64,000 nt of DNA, taken from Marsupella aquatica (lineage: Eukaryota; Plantae; Marchantiophyta). Both the position numbers and the translations under genes were made by a program. The stretch is taken from the NCBI GenBank assembly GCA_973895155.1, contig OZ316895.1, positions 5,600,687-5,664,686 on the forward strand. The letters are read 5' to 3'. The notes below the pieces were generated by a model. That model was not told where the DNA came from, did not search any database, and was given only the letters and a program-made list of their open reading frames with translations. Numbering within the stretch: position 1 is the first letter of the stretch; the number at the start of each line of letters is the position of its first letter. Shown in pieces: positions 1 through 12,353 of this stretch.

Positions 1-851
1 CATTGATAGAGTAAAATGACCAACACATCACCTTAAAGCTGCTCTTGTGGCTCAAGTTTGGCATTAAAAGTTTTCCTACAGTCTCCCGTCTTGCCTGTAC
101 TGTCCTCGTACATAAGGAATGGTATGCTCTGTGAATATTTGAGTTGGTTTCCGTCCACCCCATAAATTAGCTTGGTGGGACCAGCTAGCATGACAAAGGC
201 CAGGCTCACTTTTGTGCTACCTTTGAGGTGGATTGTAAGGTTCTTGTGGGGTGTGGATGTGCACATAACCAACACTAAGTGAGTTGGAAGAGCTAGACCT
301 GAACTGCCTAGCAAAACCATCTTCTATCCCCACTAACAACTATGAACCCAACACCCCATAAAACCCTTGTGACTGCCTCCAACCCACTAAGAAGGCCTTG
401 AAAAAGTTTGCCTCACCAAGCTTATTTTTGTCTGCAAGAACTCATTAAAAACATTTGCCCATTTGCCACCTGGTGAAGGTGTTCTTGCAAGGGGGTGAGT
501 GGCAAAGAGTACATGAACCTAATGTGCCTACCCTTGATCGTGTGTCACAGTAGGGGTTGGGGCAAAGGGGGTGAAATGAAATCTATGCTTTATTCCTGGG
601 CACAGCAAGGACCAAGGGTTCTAAGGTAGGGAGAGTAGTAGGGCAAGGGGATAATACTGGTTGGGTCAGGGAGTGAGTGGAATGGCAAGACACAATCATG
701 TAGTTGCCATAGAGATAATTATGTGAAAGGTGTAATGTAGTTGGATAGGAGACAAAGTGGGGGTTGGCTTACTGTAGGCATTGTCATGCCCACATGCGTA
801 TTCAGTAAGCTCAAATGCCCTTGCATTTCCAACATGTCTATCGCAAAAAAG

Positions 852-982
852 TGTAGGATAGAAATAGACAACATGACATCTCATAATCATCACTCATATA
901 GCACTTGAGTACACCGACACAAAGATACATCCACGATCATACAAAGAGCTTCACTACAAATCCAAAAAGTACATATCACCAT

Positions 983-1030
<48 letters not shown>

Positions 1031-1156
1031 AATTTCTCAACTAAGTGTTCTCTCTCCATGGGATATAAAAAGGGTTATCCCTTCATGAAGAGTCTAGTCA
1101 ACCAATGTTAAGTCTGGTTAACTTACTCTAGTTAAGGTTTAGTCAAAACCCTAACA
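852..1156 (-). mobile_element. Solo LTR (Copia-like), 5-bp TSD AAAAG
   Basis: Begins TGTAGG and ends CTAACA; AAAAG at 847-851 and 1157-1161. Blocks such as AAGAGCTTCACTACA and ATAGACAACAT match the reverse complement of the LTR at 27622-27965. Confidence 0.7.
985..1026. repeat. (CT)21 microsatellite inside the solo LTR
   Basis: Perfect CT run read directly. Confidence 0.95.
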
Positions 1157-1300
1157 AAAAGGGTTGTGCCCCTTGAATATGAACAATTGAGTATCAAATC
1201 TTAATTGCTTATGAACTACAATTTTGACACTTCTATACGGCCAATCTACTTTTCAATGTTTTGTCTTACTAAGATTTTTGGTCATATATTTTTACTTTAT

Positions 1301-1520
1301 AACTTTTAATCACTTTGCGACTAAAGATGTTCTAATTCACAATGTTGTCACTGTTTTTTCTGTATTTATAAAAATGTCGCAGTTTGGTATACGGATCATA
1401 AGTTTATCAAGGTAACCACGGGAACTATATATGGAAACCATGGTATTTTTGTAAATATAAAAAAAATAGTGACAATATTATGAATTTAAACATCTTTAGT
1501 GGCAATGTACTTAAAAAGTT
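1301..1520. repeat. AT-rich foldback inverted repeat (MITE-like remnant)
   Basis: TTGCGACTAAAGATGTTCTAATTCACAATGTTGTCACT pairs with AGTGACAATATTATGAATTTAAACATCTTTAGTGGCAA; arms about 75-90 bp. Confidence 0.75.
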
Positions 1521-3950
1521 TTACTTTAATGTGCCTTAAGAAGGTGCACCACTTGTATAATTTAGACTTTAGATTACTTTGGCCCCCCTCTAAATGTTTT
1601 TATCGTCCTATGCTAGGGCTCTCATTCCCCACTACATTCAGTTTTCAATATAGTGCATTCACCCCCTTAACACCTTTTATGGAATTTATACCAATTCTAG
1701 TGCATGATAGAGAGAATTTGATACTTTGAGGTGTGGGAGACTCATGCGTTAAGTCCTCCGCAGACTTTTTTTTGCTAAACTTGTGTTTCTTATTGTCATT
1801 ACCTATGGCAAGGGAGTATATTTTTAACCTTATTTGCACAATTTTTAATTGATTTGAGTGTCATTAAAGCTAGTGGGAATCTGTACCTTATGTGCACTAT
1901 TTCCAAGACTTGAGCACTTGTTCTTTTATTTGGCATGTGTCTTATTTTCCCACTCAATATCAAGTACTATGGAATAGTCATTTACATAACACTACAAAAC
2001 AAAAAATGAAGCATTTTCTAGGATGAACATGCTATAAAATGAACTACCCGAAGCAGCTCAGCAGCTTGAGACAAGACAGTACAATTATAGGTTTCCTGAT
2101 TGTGTCTTTTAGAGTACACTTACTGAGGTCATTCAATTCAACCTACCACAAAATGAATCCCTAGGACAGATTGGATTAGAATGAAAGTTAATTGTAGTAG
2201 AATTAAAATCTATTTCTTAATACAGATTGGATTTAGCTATGTTGAGGAAACCAAAAAGATTTAATTATATATCTGACTTAAGGAATCTAGACACAAATCT
2301 CAGCCACTAGTAGTAGAGACACCCAAAAATGTACTATCTGAGTAAAGGAATCTAGACACAGTCTTTTGTCAGCCACTGCCACTCATAGGAGTGACACTCA
2401 TCAATGGCAGATAACTAGTAAACCAAACTGGTGAAACATCCCAAGATCACTCAAGTACACATTCAATCATTGGGCTTTGCAAAAACAAATGATTGACACC
2501 TCCAGCATCACAACCAACAAGCAGCCAGGCCAAAATATTGTGGTTAATTTTAACTTACTTGGATATCAATTGCTGATTTCAATCTTTTGCTGCACCAAAT
2601 TTCCTATGAAGCTGACCTGCATATATTATTTAAAATAGTAACATTCATTCTGTTGGGTCAAGCCATCTAGTGCTGGTATTTATTGTATCATTACCTACAA
2701 CTCTATCCTTCATGACCTACTCACCAGAGCTGAGCCATCGGACATAATTGCTCTAGTAACAGAAATTTGGGCTCAAGACCCTTAGTGTGCATAACCAAGG
2801 GTATTGGGGTTAGTTGTTAATAAATTTCAAGCCTTATAGGCTATGTACGTTCTTTGCCTACTAGGAATTGTTTAATATTGAATGGCAACTGAGAATTAAT
2901 CTCACTCTAGTTACAATTAAACCTCCTTTGCTTTTACTCCATTAGGGGTCCTCAAATATAGCCCAGGGGCAGTCTCACAGCAGTTCAGGTAGGTTTAGGT
3001 TTGGAAGGATGTGGCCAAAAACATGTGTGGCACTCCTTGAGCCTAGCCTGCACACTTTGTCACTGGCCTTCACTGTTTTGTGATGGCCAGTACCCCCAAC
3101 TGCAGTCTGGCTGTTACTAGACCAAAAACAAATGAACTCAAAAAGTTGACGCACCAGTTGAACTCACCCATAGGCCCGTTATTGGCAATGGCCTTATCCC
3201 AGTAAGAGCAAATGAGGTCTGTATTTGCAAGAGACCCCCTATTGTCCATGTTTTGGCCCTTCTTAGAGGATTGGTCCTTTATCTAGTGCCAGGTGGATTT
3301 GGAACTATCAGCAGGCAGCTCCTATTTAACTGAGTGGATCATATATACTGGTGGGTGACAGCAATGGTACTTTCCCTTAACATGTCTATCTACCCAGCTG
3401 TAAAAGTGCCTGTTGTTGAAGCAAGCTTGCTGCCTGATGAGTACATATTAAGGACACTCACTCAGCCACTCCCAAGGTATGTGGGGCAGCGGACACACTC
3501 ATGAAGTTGAAGATAATCATTGCCCAACCTTTTGTTTCTTGCCTTGGGTGTACTGTAATTTCATTCAATTATGGGATGTGCTTTTATTCAATCATGGGAT
3601 GGATAAGCGAGAATGATGATAGAAGTTAGCTCTTCACAAAATACTCCCAACATGAAAGGAGATGCAAAGATGAAAGGCTAGGAGTGTTTTGTGAGATGCA
3701 AAGTTATAGTAGCTCTTCACAAAATACTCCCAACATGCTCTCAATTGGACCTGAAGTTCTCACATGCAACCAACCCTTTTGGAATCTGACTGCTTGAAGG
3801 GAGCAAACTTGCTTCACCATGCAGCTGCCATGTAAATGAATGCAAGGTGCATGCAACCTGAATAGCAACACCCAGTTTGCATCATGGTCATGTATGTGAT
3901 TCCTGTCGCTCGCTAGCTGGTGCCAAAATTTGTGTTGCCTTAAAAAGTGT

Positions 3951-4785
3951 TGTGACAGGATCACCATCTCTCCAAACCCGGTAGTAACTTAGTGATATAT
4001 AACTCATAATTGCGTATATATGTTGAAGGACAAGTAGGTTTAGCAAAAGTGACTGATTTTTAAATGTATTTATTTGGTTAGTTCTAATGAGTTGATTCGC
4101 AACCGGGAGTGGGAGTTGAGAGGGTTTTTTGGTGATGATGATATTTAGTCCTAGGGTGGCATTGGAACCCTTGAGGGGATCCTAGGAATTGGAGGCCAAG
4201 TGAGAGGCCAAGGTGTAAGCGTCCTGATGGGTGGGGCCTTGCCGGGAGCTCCACGTGAGGCGCAAAATGGGAAGAATGACCAAAATATAGAAATATATTG
4301 TTGAAACTTAAAACAGACATTGTTGTGCGGACAAGGGAAACCAAATGAAACCAAATTGAGTTTACAATTGACTAGAATTTCAGCAGAAATTGAGAACTTA
4401 CAATAATTGTATTGGCAAGTACCAAGTTTGGGCACGTAGACGTACGACTATCTCTTTATGAGCTCAATGCATATTGGGCTGAATGCTCATGCATTATACA
4501 AAAAAACTTGAGATGATTAAAAATGCTGGTGAGGCACGGAAGTGCCTTGCGTAGGGGAGTGCAAGACAGCAAGACTTGACAGCCGCAAGCTCCAAAGGTG
4601 GCATTGTGGGGAGGGAAAAGTTTTTTCCTTGAATATCTCCGCATTTCTTCCAGCACCTCTCCCCTTTCTCTCCTCCCCCTCCCAGCACAAGGGTGTATGT
4701 GGGAGGGTGTGTGAGGTTCCAGGGGTGCGGGAGGGAGGGTTGTGGTTGCAGCGTCAAGGGGAGCATCCACATACACAAAGGTAAG
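3951..4785 (+). mobile_element. Gypsy-like LTR 5' fragment (dispersed repeat, second copy at 44548)
   Basis: Starts TGTGACAGG...CCAAACCCGGTAGTAA. Bases 3951-4325 align with 44548-44895 (shared GGGAAGAATGACCAAAATATAGAAA). The Gypsy call is inferred from the TGTGACA terminus only. Confidence 0.55.
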
Positions 4786-5040
4786 GTATTCCTTACCAAG
4801 GCCCTGTCTCGTCCTCTCTTTGAACGTCACCGTTTTTCTATTGGAGTTCAGGACTTGTCTTCAGCTCTTTCATTATCTTCTGTATATTCCGAAGAGTTCT
4901 CCAACACATAATCACCTGATGTCTCATCATTGCTTCCTTCCATGAACAACGTCTACCATGACACCATCTAGCACACCCTGCTCCAAGTTATCTCTCTTGA
5001 CATTATGTTGTGCTTATTTGACACTTGGTGCGAGGGAGGG

Positions 5041-5308
5041 TGTTGGAAATCAAATGATTTCCATGTACTTTGACGCTACAAAGTTCGCTACATTAGTGAC
5101 TATACTCTATCATAGTTTTAGCTCCACTCCCTGAGATTCCGGGAGCGTTCCTCTGTGACGTATGCAGCTCCACTCCATCCCCTACAGATGCTTTCTTGTG
5201 GCTGCCGTTTGTACCTTAGCTCTTCTTGCTGGCCTACGTTTCATTTCCGCTCCTATATTTAGCTGGCCGGGCTCCCCCGCTGGGTTCCTGGCTCCTAGAA
5301 AGTTTATA
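5041..5308 (+). repeat. Copia LTR (single copy, between PPT and PBS)
   Basis: TG start directly after the polypurine tract; ends TTTATA (probably a decayed ...CA) directly before the PBS. Confidence 0.75.
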
Positions 5309-5320
5309 TGGTATTAGAGC
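5309..5320 (+). other. Primer-binding site complementary to initiator tRNA-Met 3' end
   Basis: TGGTATTAGAGC differs by one base from the canonical plant TGGTATCAGAGC. Confidence 0.8.
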
Positions 5321-5612
5321 CTCCACAAGAGGAGGACCTGTCTGACTTGGTCACAATAGTCCTGTAGTTTTTGTCCTGATAGAAAGTAGATAAGAATCAC
5401 TTTACTTAGGAGTCTAGTGCCGTAGTTGTTCTAACAATCTTCCTATTGTGGATTTTTTTTGGTCATAACGTGGAGTTGGTAAGTATCACTCTATTAAGGA
5501 CTTTAGTACCTCATAGTGAGTTACATTTATCCTAGACAGTGGTCTTTACGTATCAGGTGAGATTTCCTTGTGCAAAGCAATTAGACCTTTGTTTACTCTA
5601 GGTGTCCAAATC

Positions 5613-7365
5613 ATGGATCAATCAGTCAACTACTCCATGGCAACTATCCACTTTGGGCTTACAAGATGGAACAGAGCCTCGAGCAGAGCTTCATCAAAGA
5701 GCAAATCTGGTACTGTGTTTGATAAGTTGTCCCTGGCGTGGCCCACCCGAGTGATCCTATCGCTCCTACTCAAGATGAGGTTGGTACAGACAAGTCCAAG
5801 GCTCTCTACATGCTCACCAAAGTTGTGGAGGATAGGATACTAGCATGTTACACTCGCATTCATGATCCAGCTGTCTTATGGGTTGAGCTTCATCGTACCT
5901 ATGCAGGGAAAACATAGACTATTAAGTTTGAAATTCAAGAATCTGCCACAATGTCTGTCAATTTCAGTACCTTGAATGATTTGCTTAATGAACTTGCTGC
6001 TGTAGGTCTCACCTTCACAGATGAGGAATTACACGAAATTGTTATTGATGCCCTTCCACCTAGCTGGGAGACTTTCTCGACTGTTTTGGTAGGGAGGGAG
6101 ACAATGCCTTCATTTTCTCAGCTGGAGAATCTGATCCGTGAAGAAGAGACCTGTCGTGGGTCCTAGAGCTTTGTTGGAGAAGAAGAAGCCATGTTTGCCA
6201 GATCCGTCCAACACTTCAACCAAAGAAACCTTGGTGGACGCTACAACCCTGGATGTGGGAACTGTGGACAAGGTCATTGTCGTGTAGGCCCAAAAGTGGG
6301 CCCCAACATCATGCAAGCTCAAGGAGTTTGCCACACCTGTGGGGATACCAATCACTATGCACTAGAGTGTCCTCTCGAGGACTGGAGACTGAGCTCTAGC
6401 GCTTGATCACACGTCTGAATCAAACCTCATTGGGTAACAATTGTGCTGCCAGCTTGGTTGAAACCAAGGACGCTCCACAGCCCGATTTTGAGGAATATTT
6501 TGATACTAATCTACCCATTGCCAATCAGATCTTGGAAGCCAATTTTATTGAGTTGGCCACTCCTGCAAAATGGATTTTCAATAGTGGTGCTAATACTCAT
6601 CTGACGGGTGAATCTGTTGGTTTATCCAATTTTGTATCCCTTCCCTGTGGTTCCATCGTTGCTACTGCCGAAGACAGTGTCCTGGACATCAAAGGGAAGG
6701 GCACTTTGACCTTGGATGAGAATAAAGTCAACAATATTTTGTATGTCCCGAGTGCTAGACGAAATTTACTGTTTGTTGGTTGCCTGGCTAATCTTGGGCA
6801 CACTATTTGTTTCACCGCTCAGCATTTCATGTTTTTGACAAGCATCAGGATGTACGTCTATATGGGGCTCGTGATCCTCATAGCCGTCTCTACACTATGG
6901 TGGCCAAGCCACCCCGGCCCTTGTCGTTAGCTTCTTCACTAGAACCAATCGCTTCGTGCAATCTGGTCACTACTACAATATCTTCTTCAACAGCCCTCTG
7001 GCATAAGCACCTTGGGCATATACATATTTCAACGGCTCTCCTACATGAGCTCTACTGGGATGGTGGACGGCCTCCCATTGCTTCCTCACGTACATGATGT
7101 GTGCACTACTTGTCTTGCAGGCAAACAAACTCACGACCGAATTCCAAGTCATTCAACGACCATCACAGTACGTCCTTTCAAATTAATTCATTCTGACGTA
7201 TGGGGCCATGCTCTGGTTCCATCCCTCAATGGCGCACGTTACATTCTCACCTTTACGGATGATTATACTTGTTATACCTGGGTGTTTTTCCTTCATTTTA
7301 AATTTGAAGTCTTCTCCACATTTCAGAATTTCCATGCCTCCATCAACACTCAATTTCAAGGTAAG
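5613..7365 (+). pseudogene. Copia gag-pol pseudogene (stops and frameshifts)
   Basis: Gag LNELAAVG...IDALPPSWETF; zinc knuckle CHTCGDTNHYALEC; protease WIFNSGANTHL (catalytic D changed to N); LWHKHLGH and CTTCLAGKQ; integrase LIHSDVWG...FTDDYTCYTWVFFL. Confidence 0.92.
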
Positions 7366-7853
7366 TGTAATTTCTATACCTGACTGTATTAATATCTATA
7401 CCTTGCATGTATAGAGGGAGGTATAGACCAGGTATGGATTTATGAAAAAACAAAAGTAGGTTTAAGGGTTTGGGGAATTAATAGGGGAGGCGCCCACCTC
7501 TCAATCAATCTGTCACAAAAAGACAAGAAAATCATGAGGTATGAGTGTAAGCATTTTTTACGAGGGTGTAGGGGAGGCCTTGGTGACATCTTGGCTAAGT
7601 TGCTATATGGTGAATGCACATTTCCAAAACTCCTATACCCACTCAGCACTGGTTTAGACCAATGGATTTTAAATGGAAGTCTCCTATTGTGAAATCAAAA
7701 TCTTTATTAACCACAAAAAGCCAAGAACAGTAGTCTCATGCAAGAACAACCTACTGACGCTGAAATGTATAGGTCATACAATCTGCATTCCAATGGTTGG
7801 TGCACTTGAGGTAAGTGATCCAAAGGATCCACTTGGGCAGCGATGGGGATATC

Positions 7854-7883
7854 AATATAATATAATATAATATAATATAATAT
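7854..7883. repeat. (AATAT)6 microsatellite
   Basis: Read directly. Confidence 0.9.
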
Positions 7884-10379
7884 GAGACTCTTGGGATTCA
7901 GAGATCACTATAGCCAATTAAATAGCAAGACCTGGATTTTTTTTCTGTGGTTGAAGGAGAGGGGAGAAAATTTGGGGTGAGTTCAATTTGGAACAAATTA
8001 AATGTTTCTCCCCTCAAAAAACATGAGCCTTTCTTAACTGTCTACAAGCTTGTATGGGATCTGGATCCCCAACTTTGACATAGTCTCATAGGATGTCTAA
8101 GCTAAATTGTTAATCTATGGGATCAGGCACTAACTAACTGTGGTGTCAAGGGCTTAAACTAAAGGACCTTGCTTTGCATGGAAAGAACATTGTCAGATCG
8201 TACATATCTAAGTTCAAAGGTTTGGAGGGAGGTTCCATCAAAGCTTATGGCTCTTTAATTTAGCTCATTCCCCAAAACATGACAAACCTCAGCCAGGATT
8301 AGGTTTTCAAACACCTTAAAATCTCCACTATGATCTTCATTTTTACTTGAGCCTTGGTCTGTCACTACTTAAAATATTGAGAGTACGTATTCCATGGCTG
8401 GGGGCATATCAGTACAGACAGATCCATAGTGTAAAACAATCCTATAGTTCTCAAAGAATCTTGCAGAAATTCACACTGCAACATTTATTACTACCATACA
8501 GAGGATGGGGTTTACATGCTTGTGAAATTAGGAACAATTGGTAATATCCATGCACATTAATGAAGAATCCGGTATGACTAATGAGATTGCTGCCCACGTC
8601 CATTGCCCTACTGCATTATTGTTATAAGTATGAAAAACGAGATCACTTTTCTGTGCAGCACACTCTTGGTCACTAGTAGACGAGCAGGCTTGGGCCCAGT
8701 AGGTTCACTTGGGGTTTCAAATCCTGCCTGGCGCATGCTTCTTTGTAACAAACCCCACCAGTGGAGTTCATTCACCAGTTTCAATACTTACAAAACAATT
8801 GCGAACACATCTTTCGCGGGCAGTGGACAGGTATTGCCGCATGGGAGCCTCAATATTGTCATTCAAAGGGAATCTTATGAAGGATAGGGAGTATAATTAT
8901 GTACATTCCCGGAGTGGAAGCCCAGATGGACCTATGTGTTTGCTAAAATCCGCAGATAGACTTTTGCAACTGGGGATGGACTGCAACAAAACCCTATGCA
9001 CCAGTTTGATATATACCAGTCGGAAGACTCCATGAAATGTGACAGAAAACAAGACAACCAAGTTGATGTCAAACTGCCAAAAACACAAAAGGCACACATC
9101 CCAGAGACATGATTCCATAGGCAAACGGCCCAATCAAGTGGAGGCATACATCCTGGAGACATGATTCCATAGGTGAACTGCCCAATCGAGGGGAGGCAAC
9201 CAAAGAGCCAACAAGTGGGGGGGGGAAGTCCACCACAATAACAGCCAAGAGCAAAAAACATAAAACCCTACCTAATGGCAAACTGAAGAGCCAGGTAGAG
9301 CTCCAGGGTGAATTGCATGTGAGGGTCAAGCAAAGGAATTGCACAAAAGGTCTTAAAACCAACCCGGCCTCACCCCTAAAACCATGCTTGGAAATAGCCT
9401 CACCTCTAAAACCATGCTTGGAAAGTAGTAGCTCTCTCAGTTTTTCATGAAAGTTGACAGGTTCTATCATCCACCCAAGAGCACCCACTTCATCTATTCT
9501 TTAGGTACTAGACTTTTAGGGTGTTAGTCTCTGGGGTTTTTCCTCGTGGCCTTCAGCTAGTTTAGGTCTCTTGCCAGTGGGAGGGAAGGGCGCCTTTTGT
9601 TTTGGGCAGTGTGTGCTATATGAAGGAAGAGTTATTCCCTGGGAGCAAGGGGGCGGGGGTGCTCGTATCCCGTGCCCATGGAACTTGCCCTCAGGGTTTA
9701 TGAGTTCCTAATCTACAACACGCACTTAATCCGAAACTCCCCTCATATCCGAAAAGTCCCGTCACGTTGAACACGTTGGAATTGTATTGGTTTGACTCCG
9801 CCGATTCTGCGGACGATGAATCTGCTCTAACTGTAGAGCAAGAGAGGATGAAAATTTCCTGCTGAAGTTTCCTACAGACATGGTGTCATTCCCCCTCTTC
9901 GCGGGCTTGCTTTTCGACTGGAACCGACGTCGATTCTAGGTTTAAGCCTCAGCAAACAAGTTGCTTGGCTGTTTTTTTAGCATCTGAGTGCAGCAAATGC
10001 TTCTCGTCATGACTCCCAGTCTCTATTCTGTCATTTGTGGACGCTCTGTAATATCGTACCTGTCATGTGATTGCGCAAGATTTACGTTCTTGTTGGCTTA
10101 AAGCGTGAGAATTTACCTAGAGGTCGGAGGGATTTCGTTATGTCATTTTACTAAACATTCACCTTATGGATCGGCGAAGAGTAAAGATCCAGCAGGTGAT
10201 GGTCCAGTACGTGATTAAAGTAGTGTTCTAGAGGTCACTGGGGATTCTTCTTATTCATGTTTTGATGACATGCACAAATTTGCATGGCGCACAAGATTTG
10301 GAGTCACTCCACCGCCATGATTGAACTCGACTAGAAGATAAAAAGACGCCAACGCTAGCTTTCCTCCGATCATTTATCG

Positions 10380-12353
10380 ATGGCGCCCAAGTGCGGTGTG
10401 TGTGTCGACTGTGAGTCCAAGTACAAGTGCCCGGTCTGCCGGACTCCCTAGTACGTACATTGCTCTTTGAATGTGGGACTGGTGCTGAGAAGGGGCTTCT
10501 GGCCTCTTTCCGTCATTTATTCGTTTGTAGGGTTTAGGGTTTTTGGCTTTGAGTGACACCCAAAACTTACCCAGTAGAGGATGGAGGAGAATTTGTGTCG
10601 TGCATAGGATGTGGAGGCTGTGGAGGCTGTGGAGGCGATCATCGTTTGGATTCTAGACCCCGATGTTAGAGAATTCTGTGTACTGGATGCAGGCTGACCT
10701 TTGGTATTGAATGTAGGGTTTAGGGTTTAAGGTTCAGGATCCTTGACGTTACCTATGAGGTCCTCCCCAGGTTCGGCTGGGGAGATGATTTGAGAATATA
10801 AATTAAGAGGAGAGAGTATTAACGCCACATCTTCGGAGAAAATTACCTGTGATCCTAGAAGCAAGGAATAAGTCTATTTGATTAGTTTGTGGGATTTTGT
10901 CGACAAGCAGCTCTGCTTTTGTTCACGTCTTAATCCCATCTTTTGGTGGATTGTGTATCTGCAGCTGCTCATTGCCGTGCTACAAAACCCACAAGGGTGA
11001 GCTCTTACAGAATTAATTCCTCATTTTGCGCTGGGGTCAACTTTTGAAATTGGTCTTTGCCAACCAATCCTGATGATGAGGTTCCTGTCGTGCAAATACA
11101 CTAAAATTTTCCGTCACCATTTCAATTTGGAATCATCTAATTGTCCGTATGTCTTCTCTACTCTTACAGAAAGTCCCTGCGGCAAGCCTGTTGCTTCATT
11201 GCAAGTTGGAGAAGGTGAGCATCAAATTTTATTACAAGAGTGGGGCTGTTGCTTTTCTCAGCTTTTTGCAGCTTACAACTATTAAAGCATGTTCTTGAGA
11301 CCCCTCTCAAACCCAGGACGCCCAATATTAGCCAGATAGGGAATCGTCCTTTCGTTCTACTTTGAATGTCTGATTTGACCCACTCATGCTCTGCCTAACG
11401 GGAATGTTATGTTCGACTCCATGAAGAGAAAGCCCCAGGACAGCCACCCCGCTCATTTGAGGAGGATGAAGACGAGTCTGGATGGAGATTACGACGAAGC
11501 CAACTAGAGGCTCTTGGTGCTTCTTCTTGCTTTCTAGTCTGTGGTTTTCATTGACACTTTGGTCATATTTGGTCTCTGATCAGAACGGATTTGGCGAGTT
11601 TAAGGTTTTTGGCAACATTTGTATTTAGCTTCCTTTCTAATCTTTCGCAGCACAGCTTTTGGATTTTCGTGAAACTTTTCTTGTTTGGATGCAGCTGCCT
11701 CAGAAGATATCCGGCGGATGTTGAGGGATGATGAGTTACGAAAATTAATTCAGAACGTGGATTCTTCCATCACTCCCGAGAAGGTATGTCGTAGCAAAAG
11801 TGCATTAGTTCGTGCTCATAAGCTCTTAAACAAACAAGGACGGAGCTAGATGGCTTCATGAAGGGAGTCTGGGGACTTGGCAGCTTTACTGTACTTAAAC
11901 CACCACTGGCCACATAAAAGGAGAAGTGTCCAAGACTTCTCCCTTTTTCAAATTCCTCTCCTCTACCGTGACACTTTGCTCCACAATTTCAGGATAAGGT
12001 GCTAAAAATGGTGAAACCTGGTGGAACCAGGTTTTTGTCATGGCTAGTGGCTCTTCAATTGGAAGTGAAGATGAGAAATTTTCTAGTTCTGACGAGCTGA
12101 CCTTTTGTGCAGGATCTGGACAAGGCTATGGAGGGACCTGCATTTAGAGAATTCACAGATACGGTAATCAATTTTTGAAGCCTGCTGTTTATCAAATTGG
12201 AATCGCTTTGTATTACCGAAACCCCACAGTGGATCATGTTATAAAACGCACAAGACATCGACGATTATGGGAGCTGAACGGCAATGTCCTTTGGATGTGC
12301 AGATCTTAGCAACGATTAACTCGGATGAACATTCTCACTTGACTCAATCATGA
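10380..12353 (+). CDS. ZNHIT3: Zinc finger HIT domain protein, ZNHIT3/Hit1-like (box C/D snoRNP assembly). Exons about 10380-10450, 10965-10996, 11170-11214, 11427-11516, 11695-11783, 12113-12163, 12303-12353
   Basis: Spliced translation MAPKCGVCVDCESKYKCPVCRTPYCSLPCYKTHKE (zf-HIT CxxC...KYKCPxC..PYCSLxCYKxH) and C-terminus LRDDELRKLIQNVD...AMEGPAFREFTDTIL; GT-AG junctions keep frame. Absent from the ORF track because exons are short. Confidence 0.9.
10528..10734. promoter_or_regulatory. Two doubled telo-box (TAGGGTTT) motifs in ZNHIT3 intron 1
   Basis: TAGGGTTTAGGGTTT at 10528-10542 and 10714-10728; regulatory role is inferred. Confidence 0.45.

Larger units (their letters stand above)
4786..7365 (+). 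mobile_element. Ty1/Copia retrotransposon fragment in permuted order: RNase H end, PPT, LTR, PBS, gag, protease, integrase (truncated)
   Basis: FLTKALSRPLFERHRFSIGV (Copia RNase H C-terminus, about 4790-4850); PPT CGAGGGAGGG 5031-5040; LTR from TGTTGG at 5041; PBS TGGTATTAGAGC at 5309; gag-pol motifs downstream. Confidence 0.9.

Noticed and set aside
2400-3950. Possible degraded transposase region
   Set aside because: No motif recognised in the frames examined; left unannotated.
11071-11140. TGATGA C-box-like word in ZNHIT3 intron 2 as an intronic snoRNA
   Set aside because: No CTGA D box or terminal stem downstream within the intron.
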